64,000 nt of DNA, taken from positions 32,001 to 96,000 of the forward strand of contig CBDEUK010000001.1 in assembly GCA_965243205.1 (NCBI GenBank). Direction: 5' to 3'. Each line of letters starts with the position of its first letter. Position 1 is the first letter of the stretch. The position numbers and the translations under genes were made by a program. Below are positions 1 to 9,413 of the stretch, in pieces. Below the pieces are notes generated by a model. It searched no databases. It was not told where the DNA came from and was given only the letters and a program-made list of their open reading frames with translations. The DNA comes from Gammaproteobacteria bacterium. GTDB lineage: Bacteria; Pseudomonadota; Gammaproteobacteria; Eutrophobiales; Eutrophobiaceae.

Positions 1-950
1 TAACCACAAGCTTTTAAGACATTGTTTGCTAAAAGAACACCGCTTTGGCCAGAACCGAAATTGCGAACAATTTGCACAACTTTCCTATCATTAGGTATGT
101 CGCTAACACTACCTAATTGATCGGTGCCAAACAAAATAGTGCTAGATAACCTTTCGTCAGTAATCTCGTTATTAGTGATTGTGCTTTGTCCTGGCGCCAA
201 AGAAACTTTACATAAAGGTCGTCGACCTGATGGAATGCTCGGCGGCTGTGGCGACGCCGCTTCGTTACCAGAGCGAACTTCAATTGCACCAGTAGCAATA
301 ACTAAAACAACACGATCAATACGAGGATTAGTGGTTGGCGCAGTAATAATAGAAGTATTTTGCGCATCGATTTCAGTAACATCACTACCATCCCAAATAG
401 CACCAGCATCTACACGCACTGTCATATTCAGCGTTGATTGTTCATGGCAAGAAAAAGCACTAGCAGTTCGATCAAGCTTAGGATCCTTACCATGGAAATC
501 ATAAAAACCAACCTCATCTGTTCCATAATTACGGCTATGCTCTACCCAGTCATTACCAACTCGACGCAAAACAATTTCCTTGTCTAATGCATCAAGAATA
601 AAATCCTTATTTTTCTTTAACAGTATCTGCCCGTTACCGCCATTCCCGTGAACAACAGTAACGACTTGAGAAATATCTGAAGCTTGCAACGATATCAACT
701 GCCCTTCCCAAGTGTTCGTTAGCAAAACAGTTGTTAAGTCATCGGCTACAATATCACTCTCAGTGCTAATAGTATGAGTGCCGCCATCGACTGCAGGTAT
801 AGTGATAGCACCACTTGTTATATTCAAAACACTAACAGCAGAAGAGCCTGGTAACATGGAAGTATGATCGCGCTGCTGTTTAATTAACGGTCTCATTACT
901 GGATGTTTAATACTTACATTGGTCATTTCACCGGAAGTAGGTAAGGTCAT
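1..950 (-). CDS. Tail fibre / receptor-binding protein, 3'-truncated by the window edge (absent from the ORF track)
   Basis: ATG at 950 directly after the tail-tip stop codon. Frame is open to position 1 (MTLPTSGEMTNVSIKHP...APTTNPRIDRVVL...SGVLLANNVLKACG). PRIDRVV-type motif and position are typical of tail fibre N-termini. Confidence 0.75.
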   Translation of the reverse strand, partial: MTLPTSGEMTNVSIKHPVMRPLIKQQRDHTSMLPGSSAVSVLNITSGAITIPAVDGGTHTISTESDIVADDLTTVLLTNTWEGQLISLQASDISQVVTVVHGNGGNGQILLKKNKDFILDALDKEIVLRRVGNDWVEHSRNYGTDEVGFYDFHGKDPKLDRTASAFSCHEQSTLNMTVRVDAGAIWDGSDVTEIDAQNTSIITAPTTNPRIDRVVLVIATGAIEVRSGNEAASPQPPSIPSGRRPLCKVSLAPGQSTITNNEITDERLSSTILFGTDQLGSVSDIPNDRKVVQIVRNFGSGQSGVLLANNVLKACG

Positions 951-952
951 AA

Positions 953-3900
953 CTAATACCCCTGTATAGTTGCGTCTATTAATGCGCTGGTAGGATTGCC
1001 AGCATTATCAAAAGCCCTTATCAATGGGCCTAGAGAAAAATCTTTATCAATGATCTGAGTTTCAACAGAAGATCCACCATCATCCTGGCGGGTAATTTGA
1101 ATATTTTTAATTGAGCGATAAGCTTTAGTGATCGGCAAACGAGTTCCTGCTGCCGAAATAACAATGTCATTTAAACTTTCGGTTATATCATCAACGTCGA
1201 TCTTGATTTTAAATTGTTTGATAGCGCCTTGTTGGGTCCCAGGTAATACTACGACCCTAAAAAAATAATATGTATTATTAATCGGTCTTAGTACACCAGG
1301 CCAAGGCACCCAGTCGCCTTTATCGGACCAAAACAGTTCATTTGGATCTTCGGACCAAAATAATTCATCTGGGTCTTCAGACCAAAACAATGCGGACTGT
1401 ACCTCTTTATACTCAATATAAAAATCACCATCAATGTCGTACTCCAATAATAAAGAGGCATTTTCTATTTTATCTTGTTCGGGTTGGAACTCAGTCTCAT
1501 AGGTTAGAGTTAAATAGGTATCATCCCAAAACATGTCATCAGGATCTTCAGACCAAAATAATTCATTTGGGTCTTCAGACCAAAAATTAGAATCGGAATT
1601 AGCCTTTAAATCACCAGCATCAACAAAACCGTTAGTAATATCACCTGTCCATCCAAGTGAACGATGATCGGTTTCGAATACTAAATTTTTAAAAATAGGA
1701 TCGCCTAAATTAATGGTAAGCGTAGCAGCTGTTTCAGAATAAAGCCCTGCAATATCTACGGCTTTAATTAAATAGGTTCGTGTATAAACGCCGCTAGTAT
1801 CAAAAAGAAAAGAAGAGGTTTTTATAACATCAGCATGCAGTTTTATTGCGGTATCCCAATTCGATGAGTTACCAAAGTTCATGCGAATTTCAAACCCAGC
1901 TAAATCAATCGGCGGGTTTGGATAGGACCATATTAATTTATCATCTTGACGTAAAAAGGTTAGAACATCAGGCGGCAAGCTAAACTTACCTACCACCAAA
2001 TAATTATTTTCTTCAGTCCAATCACTAGTTAAACCAGGGAAAGGTGAGCCAACTGATACATATCGAAATGATAAGTCGTAACGCTTATTATCAGCTACAT
2101 CACTAAATATTATGGAGTCCGATGAACCAAGAATATCAATTAAATATTTCCACTCCCCAGGTTCTTCGTCAGACAATAAGCTTCCTGATAATCTATATCG
2201 TGCCTGCAGTCTCAATAAGTCTAAATTAAGTCCTGTTGGTGGGGCTATATAAGCAATAATTCTTGGTTGAAAATTCCCACCCGTCAACTGAAGCATTACT
2301 GTTTCATCAGAAATCAAATCTAATATAACAGGTGGATTTATAGTATTATTTAATACTGGGCCTTGTGTAATATTCGTTTTAAATTCTGGAATCTCACCGC
2401 TGTCAGCATTATGTATTTCTGGTGATGCGTCTTGTAAAAAAACCTGCGCATTATAATCTTGCGTTGGTTTAACGCTTTGAACAACTGCATTAAAACTTTC
2501 CAAACCTGCTTCACCAAACATGACTATGCCGTCTATCCATAACTGATCATTAGGCACTAAGCTTTGAACGATAGGGTTAGAAAAGTTTAGCTTGCTCGTG
2601 CTGTCGTTAGTGTTGTTGACGGCTTCAATAGTACGGGTTGCATCTAAAAACCAAACGCGAACACCGTAATTTTTACCCTCTTCAAATGTAAAAATTTCAT
2701 CACATACAATACTAACAATGTCATTATTATTGTTGCGAATAACTTGTTTAACACGGCCTTGCGACAATCCGACCAATAAAACATCATGCGCCACTTCCAC
2801 CATGTCGCCACGAGTTGCAATTAGATGCTCTGGATCCATGAATAGTGAATAAGTTTCTGGCCTTAACTTTGATGTGGCTAAATGGAAACGACCATGCCGC
2901 CAAACTAATTCAGGGTTGGTGTAGTTAGGCATTTCCATTCCTTCAAACTTGCTTGCATTACTTTCGTTATAACCATCGTCATATACAATACGTTGGTCTT
3001 GTTGGTAATCTTCTTCAGCATTCACGAAACGAATTTTTAATGCATGAACATCTTCAGGAAATATTTTTTCAGAAGAAAAGCCCCAAGAATTTTTTGGCGT
3101 AATACGTTGCACAGGAACCGTTTGAGGCTCATCGATCGCGACACCAATTTGATTATCAATCCAAGTACGAGAGGCGCGGCCACCTGCAGCAACATCTTTC
3201 AATTGCTCATCGATAGTGGTTCGAAAATCTATAACGCCATTAAAACTAAAATTATTTAATTCGTTATATTCATGCCAATACTCAAGCTTTGGTAAATCAA
3301 CCAAAGTATCTGGTTGGGCATTTTTGTTTGCGTCACCTTGTAACACATAACGATATAAACTTGCGGGGTTGTTACTAAACCGCTTAACCCATGTCTGAGA
3401 AGTTTTATCCCAATCATCAACCACACTACCCGCTATACAATTTAACTGATCAACAATACCGTTTAATTGTTCACTTGCGCGAATACGTAACTCAATCGTG
3501 GCAAGCGGATGAGGAAAACGAATAGGCTCAACATCTTTAACTGATCGCAGTACTGTCCAAATAGTTTTTTGAATAATATTCAGTACTGGATCTTTTGAAT
3601 TTATTAAATTAAATGCATTGAAGAAACGGACTCGTACGTCATACTGACCAAGAGGCACCTTTACGAGAGAGCTACGAGAGACACGATCGAATCCAGCTCC
3701 TTGAGCAACAATCCAAGGAGCTGTAATCCATCCTGAATCACCACTACCAACTGGACGGTATTGCCATTGAACAGTTACTCTTCGACCAGTTTCACCATCA
3801 GGATTACTACCAGATAAACCTCCTGGCCAAACAATATCGATAGAGATTTCTTTACAGTCAGGCTCTGACGTTCGTGTTGCCCAGGTTCCTGCGCCTGAAG

Positions 3901-4708
3901 GCGAAAGACCAGACGCACCGTTAGGAGGTTTAGGCGCCAAATCAACCGTTAACGATTGTTCATCAACTGTATCAGTAAATATGCTTAACGGTGGATCATC
4001 ATCGCGACCTTTGCGAACAATGTATTCTACTTCAGTAAAATTATCGATCGGTGTGTTACCAATCTTAATATCATTAATTTCAAGCTCACCATAACCCACC
4101 ACAAACAAAGCTCTTAAAAACTGATTATTTCCAGCTCTCTCTGTAAATGTAGGCGCGCCAAACGGCGGGTAAATTTTATGCTGCCCTAACACAACAGGAA
4201 CTGGACCAAATTTATTGATCGAGTTTCGAATACCCGTAATCGAATAAGTACGACTGGTATTTTGTTGACCAGAAACCTGAGAAAGCTGCTGTTTAGGCGG
4301 CGGAGCTATGGCTGAAACAATTAAACGGCTTACAATACCTAAACCAGCTTTAACAATGCCGCTAGCGATACCAAGCTTACCGGCAAGAAAAGGGGCTGCT
4401 TTAAACGCAGCAACACTTAGCGCGATTGTGAGTATTGTTGCAAAGGGATTTTTTTTGCCACGGCCACCGCCACCTTGAGGCACAACCCTAGCGGTAATAT
4501 GTTGACCAGGCTTAACGTAATACTTATCCAGCATCGATTTCCCGACTGGTTCCCCATCGACACAAACAGAAATACTGGCGCTTGGTTTTAAAAGGCAGGC
4601 ATCTAATACGTCACGAATGGTTTTGTCATCTGCCTCAATTAATCGAGTAACACGAGCGTCACGCAAAGGAACCGGACAAAAGGTAACTTTAATCTTGTCT
4701 AAGGACAT
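953..4708 (-). CDS. Central tail tip / host-specificity protein J with fused N-terminal gpI-like (ubiquitin-like plus hydrophobic) region
   Basis: VVPQGGGG followed by a hydrophobic helix; GPVPVVLGQHKIYPP, SNNPASLYRYVL and RGDMVEVAHDVL TipJ motifs; FN3-like C-terminal part. ATG 4708 is preceded by AAAGGTGG. Confidence 0.88.
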   Translation of the reverse strand: MSLDKIKVTFCPVPLRDARVTRLIEADDKTIRDVLDACLLKPSASISVCVDGEPVGKSMLDKYYVKPGQHITARVVPQGGGGRGKKNPFATILTIALSVAAFKAAPFLAGKLGIASGIVKAGLGIVSRLIVSAIAPPPKQQLSQVSGQQNTSRTYSITGIRNSINKFGPVPVVLGQHKIYPPFGAPTFTERAGNNQFLRALFVVGYGELEINDIKIGNTPIDNFTEVEYIVRKGRDDDPPLSIFTDTVDEQSLTVDLAPKPPNGASGLSPSGAGTWATRTSEPDCKEISIDIVWPGGLSGSNPDGETGRRVTVQWQYRPVGSGDSGWITAPWIVAQGAGFDRVSRSSLVKVPLGQYDVRVRFFNAFNLINSKDPVLNIIQKTIWTVLRSVKDVEPIRFPHPLATIELRIRASEQLNGIVDQLNCIAGSVVDDWDKTSQTWVKRFSNNPASLYRYVLQGDANKNAQPDTLVDLPKLEYWHEYNELNNFSFNGVIDFRTTIDEQLKDVAAGGRASRTWIDNQIGVAIDEPQTVPVQRITPKNSWGFSSEKIFPEDVHALKIRFVNAEEDYQQDQRIVYDDGYNESNASKFEGMEMPNYTNPELVWRHGRFHLATSKLRPETYSLFMDPEHLIATRGDMVEVAHDVLLVGLSQGRVKQVIRNNNNDIVSIVCDEIFTFEEGKNYGVRVWFLDATRTIEAVNNTNDSTSKLNFSNPIVQSLVPNDQLWIDGIVMFGEAGLESFNAVVQSVKPTQDYNAQVFLQDASPEIHNADSGEIPEFKTNITQGPVLNNTINPPVILDLISDETVMLQLTGGNFQPRIIAYIAPPTGLNLDLLRLQARYRLSGSLLSDEEPGEWKYLIDILGSSDSIIFSDVADNKRYDLSFRYVSVGSPFPGLTSDWTEENNYLVVGKFSLPPDVLTFLRQDDKLIWSYPNPPIDLAGFEIRMNFGNSSNWDTAIKLHADVIKTSSFLFDTSGVYTRTYLIKAVDIAGLYSETAATLTINLGDPIFKNLVFETDHRSLGWTGDITNGFVDAGDLKANSDSNFWSEDPNELFWSEDPDDMFWDDTYLTLTYETEFQPEQDKIENASLLLEYDIDGDFYIEYKEVQSALFWSEDPDELFWSEDPNELFWSDKGDWVPWPGVLRPINNTYYFFRVVVLPGTQQGAIKQFKIKIDVDDITESLNDIVISAAGTRLPITKAYRSIKNIQITRQDDGGSSVETQIIDKDFSLGPLIRAFDNAGNPTSALIDATIQGY
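1321..1590 (-). repeat. Two clusters of 27-bp (9-aa) FWSEDP(N/D)EL tandem repeats inside the tail-tip gene
   Basis: Protein reads FWSEDPNELFWSEDPDDMFWDD and FWSEDPDELFWSEDPNELFWSD; the DNA unit gaccaaaataattcat recurs. Confidence 0.9.
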
Positions 4709-5102
4709 GAAAGCCACCTTTTTCAATGCGTTTTACCCAGCGAGCTTCCGTGTATCGTTCTACTGCAACATAAGTTTCTTCGCTTGCATGAACCATTAGG
4801 CCGCGAGCAACAACTAACCCTAAATGCCAAGGCAAACCCTGCATGTAAATTAAAATTAAATCAAAAGGCTGTTCTCGACCTTCACGTTTTATCCATTGGT
4901 CTCGGTTTGCATTCACTAAATCACCAATAGAGTGGCTGTCCGCGGTATCATCATAACCATGAACATAAGTAGGTAACTCAATACCTAATTCACATTCATA
5001 AATAAGTTTCACCAAACCCCAGCAGTCCACGCCACTAAAGTCACGACCGTGTTCTTTAAAAGGGATTTGCATGTAAGGTTCTAACCAGGCAGGAGCTCTC
5101 AT
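4689..5102 (-). CDS. NlpC/P60 tail assembly protein (gpK-like, no JAB domain)
   Basis: GRDFSGVDCWGLV catalytic Cys motif, WHLGLVV, MVHA; lies just before the tail tip. Confidence 0.88.
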   Translation of the reverse strand: MRAPAWLEPYMQIPFKEHGRDFSGVDCWGLVKLIYECELGIELPTYVHGYDDTADSHSIGDLVNANRDQWIKREGREQPFDLILIYMQGLPWHLGLVVARGLMVHASEETYVAVERYTEARWVKRIEKGGFHVLRQD

Positions 5103-5110
5103 ACTATCAC

Positions 5111-5581
5111 CTAAAATAATGCCGGAAATTTATCAGGTGTAAATGAATCACCAGGAAACTGTTCTATTAAAAAATTAGGCCCAACAAGTTCGCCGGTAAT
5201 CTGCAAAGCATCATAATTGATTTGCTCTAAGCCTAAACCAAGCCACTCTGTTTCTACACTATCAGGGTCGCTAGCTAATACCATTTTTATATTTACGGTT
5301 GCCCGTCCACTCATAGAGCGAATAGTTTTCCCAATTTGACGATCGACATTATCAATTTTTAAACTTGCGATAGGTACCGAGTCAGCAGATTCCTCTGGTA
5401 AGGTTAACTCGTATGGCAATCCTATATATTCATTGCCGTTACTAGTATGATTAACTCCATCGTTTACAACCCGTATAGGCTCACTTAAGGAGCTATGATA
5501 AATTTCAATTAAAAACAAAAAGACTTCGTCTGTATTTTGTTTAAGCAGCTCTCTTTTAAGTTTTTCGCTTAGGTTTCTCAT
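5111..5581 (-). CDS. Minor tail protein (DUF1833 / gpL-like)
   Basis: LIEIYH..PIRVVND, LPYELTLP, LKIDNVDR and C-terminal FTPDKFPALF; position in the tail module. Confidence 0.8.
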   Translation of the reverse strand: MRNLSEKLKRELLKQNTDEVFLFLIEIYHSSLSEPIRVVNDGVNHTSNGNEYIGLPYELTLPEESADSVPIASLKIDNVDRQIGKTIRSMSGRATVNIKMVLASDPDSVETEWLGLGLEQINYDALQITGELVGPNFLIEQFPGDSFTPDKFPALF

Positions 5582-5587
5582 ACAAAA

Positions 5588-6022
5588 CTAACTCTCATTT
5601 GCATCAAACATGACAATATCGCCATCACCATAAACATCATCATCGTATATACCAGGCAACACACTTTCTGGTGTCATTTTAAGTTTTAAGTTTGCTCGCC
5701 AAATATTGCCGCGAACCAAACTGATATCTGGCTCTTCATCAATAAAAAATGTTGCAGGGCTATGTGTGCGAGGATGTATCCAGTCAAATGGAAGTGAGCC
5801 GCTAGCCAAAGTGTTGGTATAAAAATCGTCTAGAATAGCAGTCTCGTCATTTGTTAATTGAATGTGGCAATTAATTTCCCGTTCGCCAGCCGTGTATCGT
5901 CGCCTTCGTTTTGGCCCTCCGGCATCCATATCCGTTTTCAAAGTAAGCTCAGGAGGCTTTTCGCTTAAACCTTCAGAGGAAACATACTGAGGTAAAGTTA
6001 ATGGCCAAACCGCATTAGCCAC
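5588..6022 (-). CDS. Distal tail / minor tail protein
   Basis: WPLTLP, TDMDAGGPKRRRRYT, FYTNTLASGSLPFDWIHP; immediately after the tape measure gene. Confidence 0.75.
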   Translation of the reverse strand: MANAVWPLTLPQYVSSEGLSEKPPELTLKTDMDAGGPKRRRRYTAGEREINCHIQLTNDETAILDDFYTNTLASGSLPFDWIHPRTHSPATFFIDEEPDISLVRGNIWRANLKLKMTPESVLPGIYDDDVYGDGDIVMFDANES

Positions 6023-8345
6023 GGTTAATCACCTCTGGCTTATTGAAGTTTTCAAGCCGGCCTTGTCGTTTCTGACGCCCTAGCGAATTCGATACTTCAA
6101 GATCAATGATCTGTTCATTATTAGGACCAGTTGACTCGCCAGTTTTCTCTACTTTCGAATCCGAATTGTTAGTAATGTTAATAATGACATTACCTTTACC
6201 CAAGGCCTTCATTTGCCCTTTTGTAAATACCCCTTCGTCTTCATGAATAATCGCGCGCATTTCTTTTGGCATTAAACCTTGATGGAAACGTGGAGCATTA
6301 TTAAAGTTAGCTAGATTGTCTGGACGTGAAACACTGCCTTCACTGGCAAGACCACCACTATGAAAAAGTGGTATATGTGTAATTAAATTGGAAACGGGAT
6401 CGGTGCTAGTACCGCTTAAAACAAAACGATCAGGATCGTTACCTGAACCAAAAATACTTCCAAAACCACCTTCTAATAAATCACCTAACATATTAAAGCC
6501 AGGTTCGAATAATTTTGTTAAAGCTAGCTTCTCTATCTGCTTTAACAGACTTCCAATAAAATCAGAAAAATTGCCTTCCGATTCAACCAACTCATCAGCA
6601 AACGAACGACTCCACCCTTCAACGGCACGGCGTAAATCTTTAAATGTCTCTTCACCTTCTTTATCGATATCATCAAATTGTTTTTTGTGAATGTCGCTCA
6701 TACGCTCAGAATGCTGAAGCATTAAACGTTCTTTTAATTGAATGTATTCAGAATCACTGATTTCAGCCGTTGCATAAAAGCGATCAATCATGGCCAAAGT
6801 TTCATCGTAATGAGCGCGCTGCAATTCTTCTTCGGTAGCTAAGCCACGTCGCACTGTCTCTAAGTTTCTTTCTACTGCTTTGCGACGTTCTTCATATTCA
6901 CGCTTTAAATCTATATCAAGTTGCTGAAGAATTCTTTCATCTTCTAATGCATCTTGCTTAGCTTCACGCTCTGCTTTTAAACGTTCACGTTCAGCTTTAG
7001 AAGCATTTCGTTTAGCATCTTCTAAGGCTTTGACTTGATCTATTTCATCAGCTAACTGCAATAACCGTGTCGCATGTTGCGAACTAATTCCTCTAAGGGA
7101 ACCACTCTCGATTTCATTTCGAATACGCGCAGCCTCACTGACATTATTTAACGCAAACACCTGGCGTTCATATTTATCAATTAACTTAGCGCTTTGCTCA
7201 TCCAGCTTAGAAAGAGAGCCGCTTAGTCGTTGAGGCGTATCATCAAACTCAATATTGGAACCATTTAAAACATCCAAATGTTTTTTGAGTTCTACAGCTT
7301 CTTTTTTAAGCTCGGTAAGATTTTTTAATAATTGAGGGCGTCCACGAGTACGCTTTTGACTTAATCGATTTTCGATGCTGGCTATTTGAGACTCAACTTC
7401 TTTGAGTTTGTTTTCTGAAGCGCTTTGACTGAGTTCATTGATCTCAATATCAATCAAACCAATTTTGTCAGCAAGCGTCGTAAAGTTTTCAATTAAAGAA
7501 GTGGTAAACACTAATGTTTTATTGAATGCTGGAATTAATTCTTCGCCAAGCTCACTGGCTAGAATGAAAAAAGAATTTTTTAATCTATTTACATTAGCAT
7601 CAGTGCTATCCATTGCTGTTTCAAGATTCTCGCCAAAGGTGTTGCGAAGTTCCACAGCCATCTTAGGTAATAAATCATCCGCTAAGACAGAGCCCGAATC
7701 TAACATATCGTTAAGCTCTTGCGTGGTGACGCCCATAGCACGGGCAGCAATTTGGAATGCACCAGGTATACGCTCACCTAACTGACCACGTAATTCTTCA
7801 GCTTGAACATTACCCTTAGACATCATTTGCTCTATCGCACGAAGAGCGCCTTCAGTGTCGTAAGCACTAAGCTGTAAAGTACGTGAAGCCTCCATAACGG
7901 CTGTAAAAATTTCGCGTGTGGCTTCGCCTTCTAAGTTCGTCCCTTTACTTGCTGCAGTTAATTTAGCATAAGCACTAGCAGTGCTCTGTAATTCAAGACC
8001 TAAGCGTTCGGCTTCGCTTTTTACAAACAACATATTCGCTGCAGCTTCACCAGTATTATCGGAAGCAGCTAGCATTTGATTGTTCAAGCGCTCCATTTCA
8101 ATCGCTACAGGGATGACAGCATCAGCGTATCGCTTAAAAACTAAAGCAGCGGCACCTATGCCACCAGCCACCAAGCCAACACCAATAGCTAGCTTGGCCA
8201 TTCGGCTTTTTAAAACATTCGTTTTGCCGGCTAGGTTATCGCTTTCATTGGATAGACGCTTAGTTTCGCCAGTAGCCTTATCAATCTCCGTTGCGTACTG
8301 CTGACCATCCATAGTCAAAACCACTTTAATCTTTTTGTCTGCCAT
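6015..8345 (-). CDS. Tail tape measure protein
   Basis: Tape-measure motif ALRAIEQMMSKGNVQAEELRGQLGERIPGAF, long coiled coil, C-terminal FHSGG...EGVFT. ATG 8345 (MADKK) preferred because the track start lies at the terminator U-tract. Confidence 0.93.
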   Translation of the reverse strand: MADKKIKVVLTMDGQQYATEIDKATGETKRLSNESDNLAGKTNVLKSRMAKLAIGVGLVAGGIGAAALVFKRYADAVIPVAIEMERLNNQMLAASDNTGEAAANMLFVKSEAERLGLELQSTASAYAKLTAASKGTNLEGEATREIFTAVMEASRTLQLSAYDTEGALRAIEQMMSKGNVQAEELRGQLGERIPGAFQIAARAMGVTTQELNDMLDSGSVLADDLLPKMAVELRNTFGENLETAMDSTDANVNRLKNSFFILASELGEELIPAFNKTLVFTTSLIENFTTLADKIGLIDIEINELSQSASENKLKEVESQIASIENRLSQKRTRGRPQLLKNLTELKKEAVELKKHLDVLNGSNIEFDDTPQRLSGSLSKLDEQSAKLIDKYERQVFALNNVSEAARIRNEIESGSLRGISSQHATRLLQLADEIDQVKALEDAKRNASKAERERLKAEREAKQDALEDERILQQLDIDLKREYEERRKAVERNLETVRRGLATEEELQRAHYDETLAMIDRFYATAEISDSEYIQLKERLMLQHSERMSDIHKKQFDDIDKEGEETFKDLRRAVEGWSRSFADELVESEGNFSDFIGSLLKQIEKLALTKLFEPGFNMLGDLLEGGFGSIFGSGNDPDRFVLSGTSTDPVSNLITHIPLFHSGGLASEGSVSRPDNLANFNNAPRFHQGLMPKEMRAIIHEDEGVFTKGQMKALGKGNVIINITNNSDSKVEKTGESTGPNNEQIIDLEVSNSLGRQKRQGRLENFNKPEVINRG

Positions 8346-8361
8346 ATAAATTCCACGCATA

Positions 8362-8426
8362 AAAAAAGCCGGAGCCCCTTTCGAGGATCCGGCTTTTCGC
8401 TTTAAATACGTTATGCCTTAGTTCAG
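8362..8426 (-). terminator. Conserved 65-bp leader with intrinsic-terminator hairpin, copy A (in front of the tape measure gene)
   Basis: Minus strand CTGAACTAAGGCATAACGTATTTAAAGCGAAAAGCCGGATCCTC-GAAA-GGGGCTCCGGC-TTTTTTT; near-identical to 20453-20516. Confidence 0.85.
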
Positions 8427-8441
8427 TAAATTATAGCAAGA

Positions 8442-8711
8442 TTATTTCAAATCAGACCCGCAATATTTACATTTTATTGCTGCTTTTTTAATGATTTCAG
8501 CACAATAAGGGCATTCTTTCATGTCGCCATCTTGAACCCGCTGCTGTTCCAATTTTTCAGTATTCGTTTTTAACGCTGCTACGATAACAAGACCGAGTAA
8601 GGGAGATATGAACAAACACATGATGAAGGCTTTCAGCCCTGAGCGCCCTTTTTTATGAGCAAACACCGCTACAGCTGCAGACAACAAAAACCATAAAAAG
8701 AGAAATTCCAT
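8442..8711 (-). CDS. Moron-like membrane protein with C-terminal zinc ribbon
   Basis: Two TM helices and KECPYCAEIIKKAAIKCKYCG; strong RBS TAAGGAGG; extended -10-like TGATATAGT upstream; interrupts the chaperone-tape measure junction. Confidence 0.8.
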   Translation of the reverse strand: MEFLFLWFLLSAAVAVFAHKKGRSGLKAFIMCLFISPLLGLVIVAALKTNTEKLEQQRVQDGDMKECPYCAEIIKKAAIKCKYCGSDLK

Positions 8712-8751
8712 AAACGCCTCCTTACTGCGTATTTCTAGACTATATCATGGT

Positions 8752-9060
8752 TTAATCTGTGGGTTCACCACCAAACATCACATGCTCAATTTCAGAAAGC
8801 AATACCAACGACAAGTCTAAACGCCACCCTTTTGCCTCGATAACAGGAATATACACATTAAAATCTAAGCCAGTGACACCAGATAGATTGTTGCGCACTT
8901 GTCGCCAAAATTGACAAAATAAATCCCATACTGGTTTTTCCCATTTTAACTCAGGCGGCAGATCCTCCGGTTCTGGTTCCCAGCCTAAATCAAGAATATC
9001 TCTTAAGGCTTTGTCTCCGCCCCTGCGGTACCATCCTGCAAGGGCGGCGAGCCTTCCTTT
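8752..9060 (-). CDS. Tail assembly chaperone, -1 frameshift extension (gpT / DUF1799-like; absent from the ORF track)
   Basis: Open -1 frame overlapping the end of 9003-9413 with no usable start codon: KGRLAALAGWYRRGG...VWDLFCQFWRQVRNNLSGVTGLDFNV...; W-x-LF and G-x-TGLD pattern. Confidence 0.75.
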   Translation of the reverse strand, partial: KGRLAALAGWYRRGGDKALRDILDLGWEPEPEDLPPELKWEKPVWDLFCQFWRQVRNNLSGVTGLDFNVYIPVIEAKGWRLDLSLVLLSEIEHVMFGGEPTD

Positions 9061-9413
9061 GCTTGCGCTTCCTCTTTAACTACATGCATTTGCAAGGCTT
9101 TAACTTTGCCCATGATAAAATCTCGCGCTTTACCGACTTTCATTAATCGCGCGATGTTTACATCATTACATTCAGCAGGCTGCTCACGCTCATCAACAAC
9201 GCCTGTCCATTGTTTAATGCAATGCAAACCGACTAGCTCTGCATATTTATCTTGATCAACTTTTATATCAACAATGCGATCGTTTTTAACTTCCCGTTCG
9301 GTAGATTGTTCTCTAAACAAAGAATCCATGTCTTCTAAAAGAGGCTTCAATGTAAAAACGATGTCAGCCTCTTCCCATTTGGTCTTGACAGTAAAATCGC
9401 CAATCCGGAGCAT
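9003..9413 (-). CDS. Tail assembly chaperone (gpG-like)
   Basis: CIKQWTGVVDE motif; lies between the tail tube and tape measure genes. Confidence 0.75.
   Translation of the reverse strand: MLRIGDFTVKTKWEEADIVFTLKPLLEDMDSLFREQSTEREVKNDRIVDIKVDQDKYAELVGLHCIKQWTGVVDEREQPAECNDVNIARLMKVGKARDFIMGKVKALQMHVVKEEAQAKEGSPPLQDGTAGAETKP

Noticed and set aside
1321-1590. Tail-tip repeats as a DGR template/variable repeat pair
   Set aside because: Both clusters are in frame in one gene, differences are not adenine-specific, and no reverse transcriptase is in the window.
8362-8426. 65-bp repeat as an integron attC site (contains GCATAAC / GTTATGC)
   Set aside because: No matching GTTRRRY at the far end of the hairpin, no L-box bulge pattern, no integron integrase; the hairpin plus U-tract fits an RNA terminator better.
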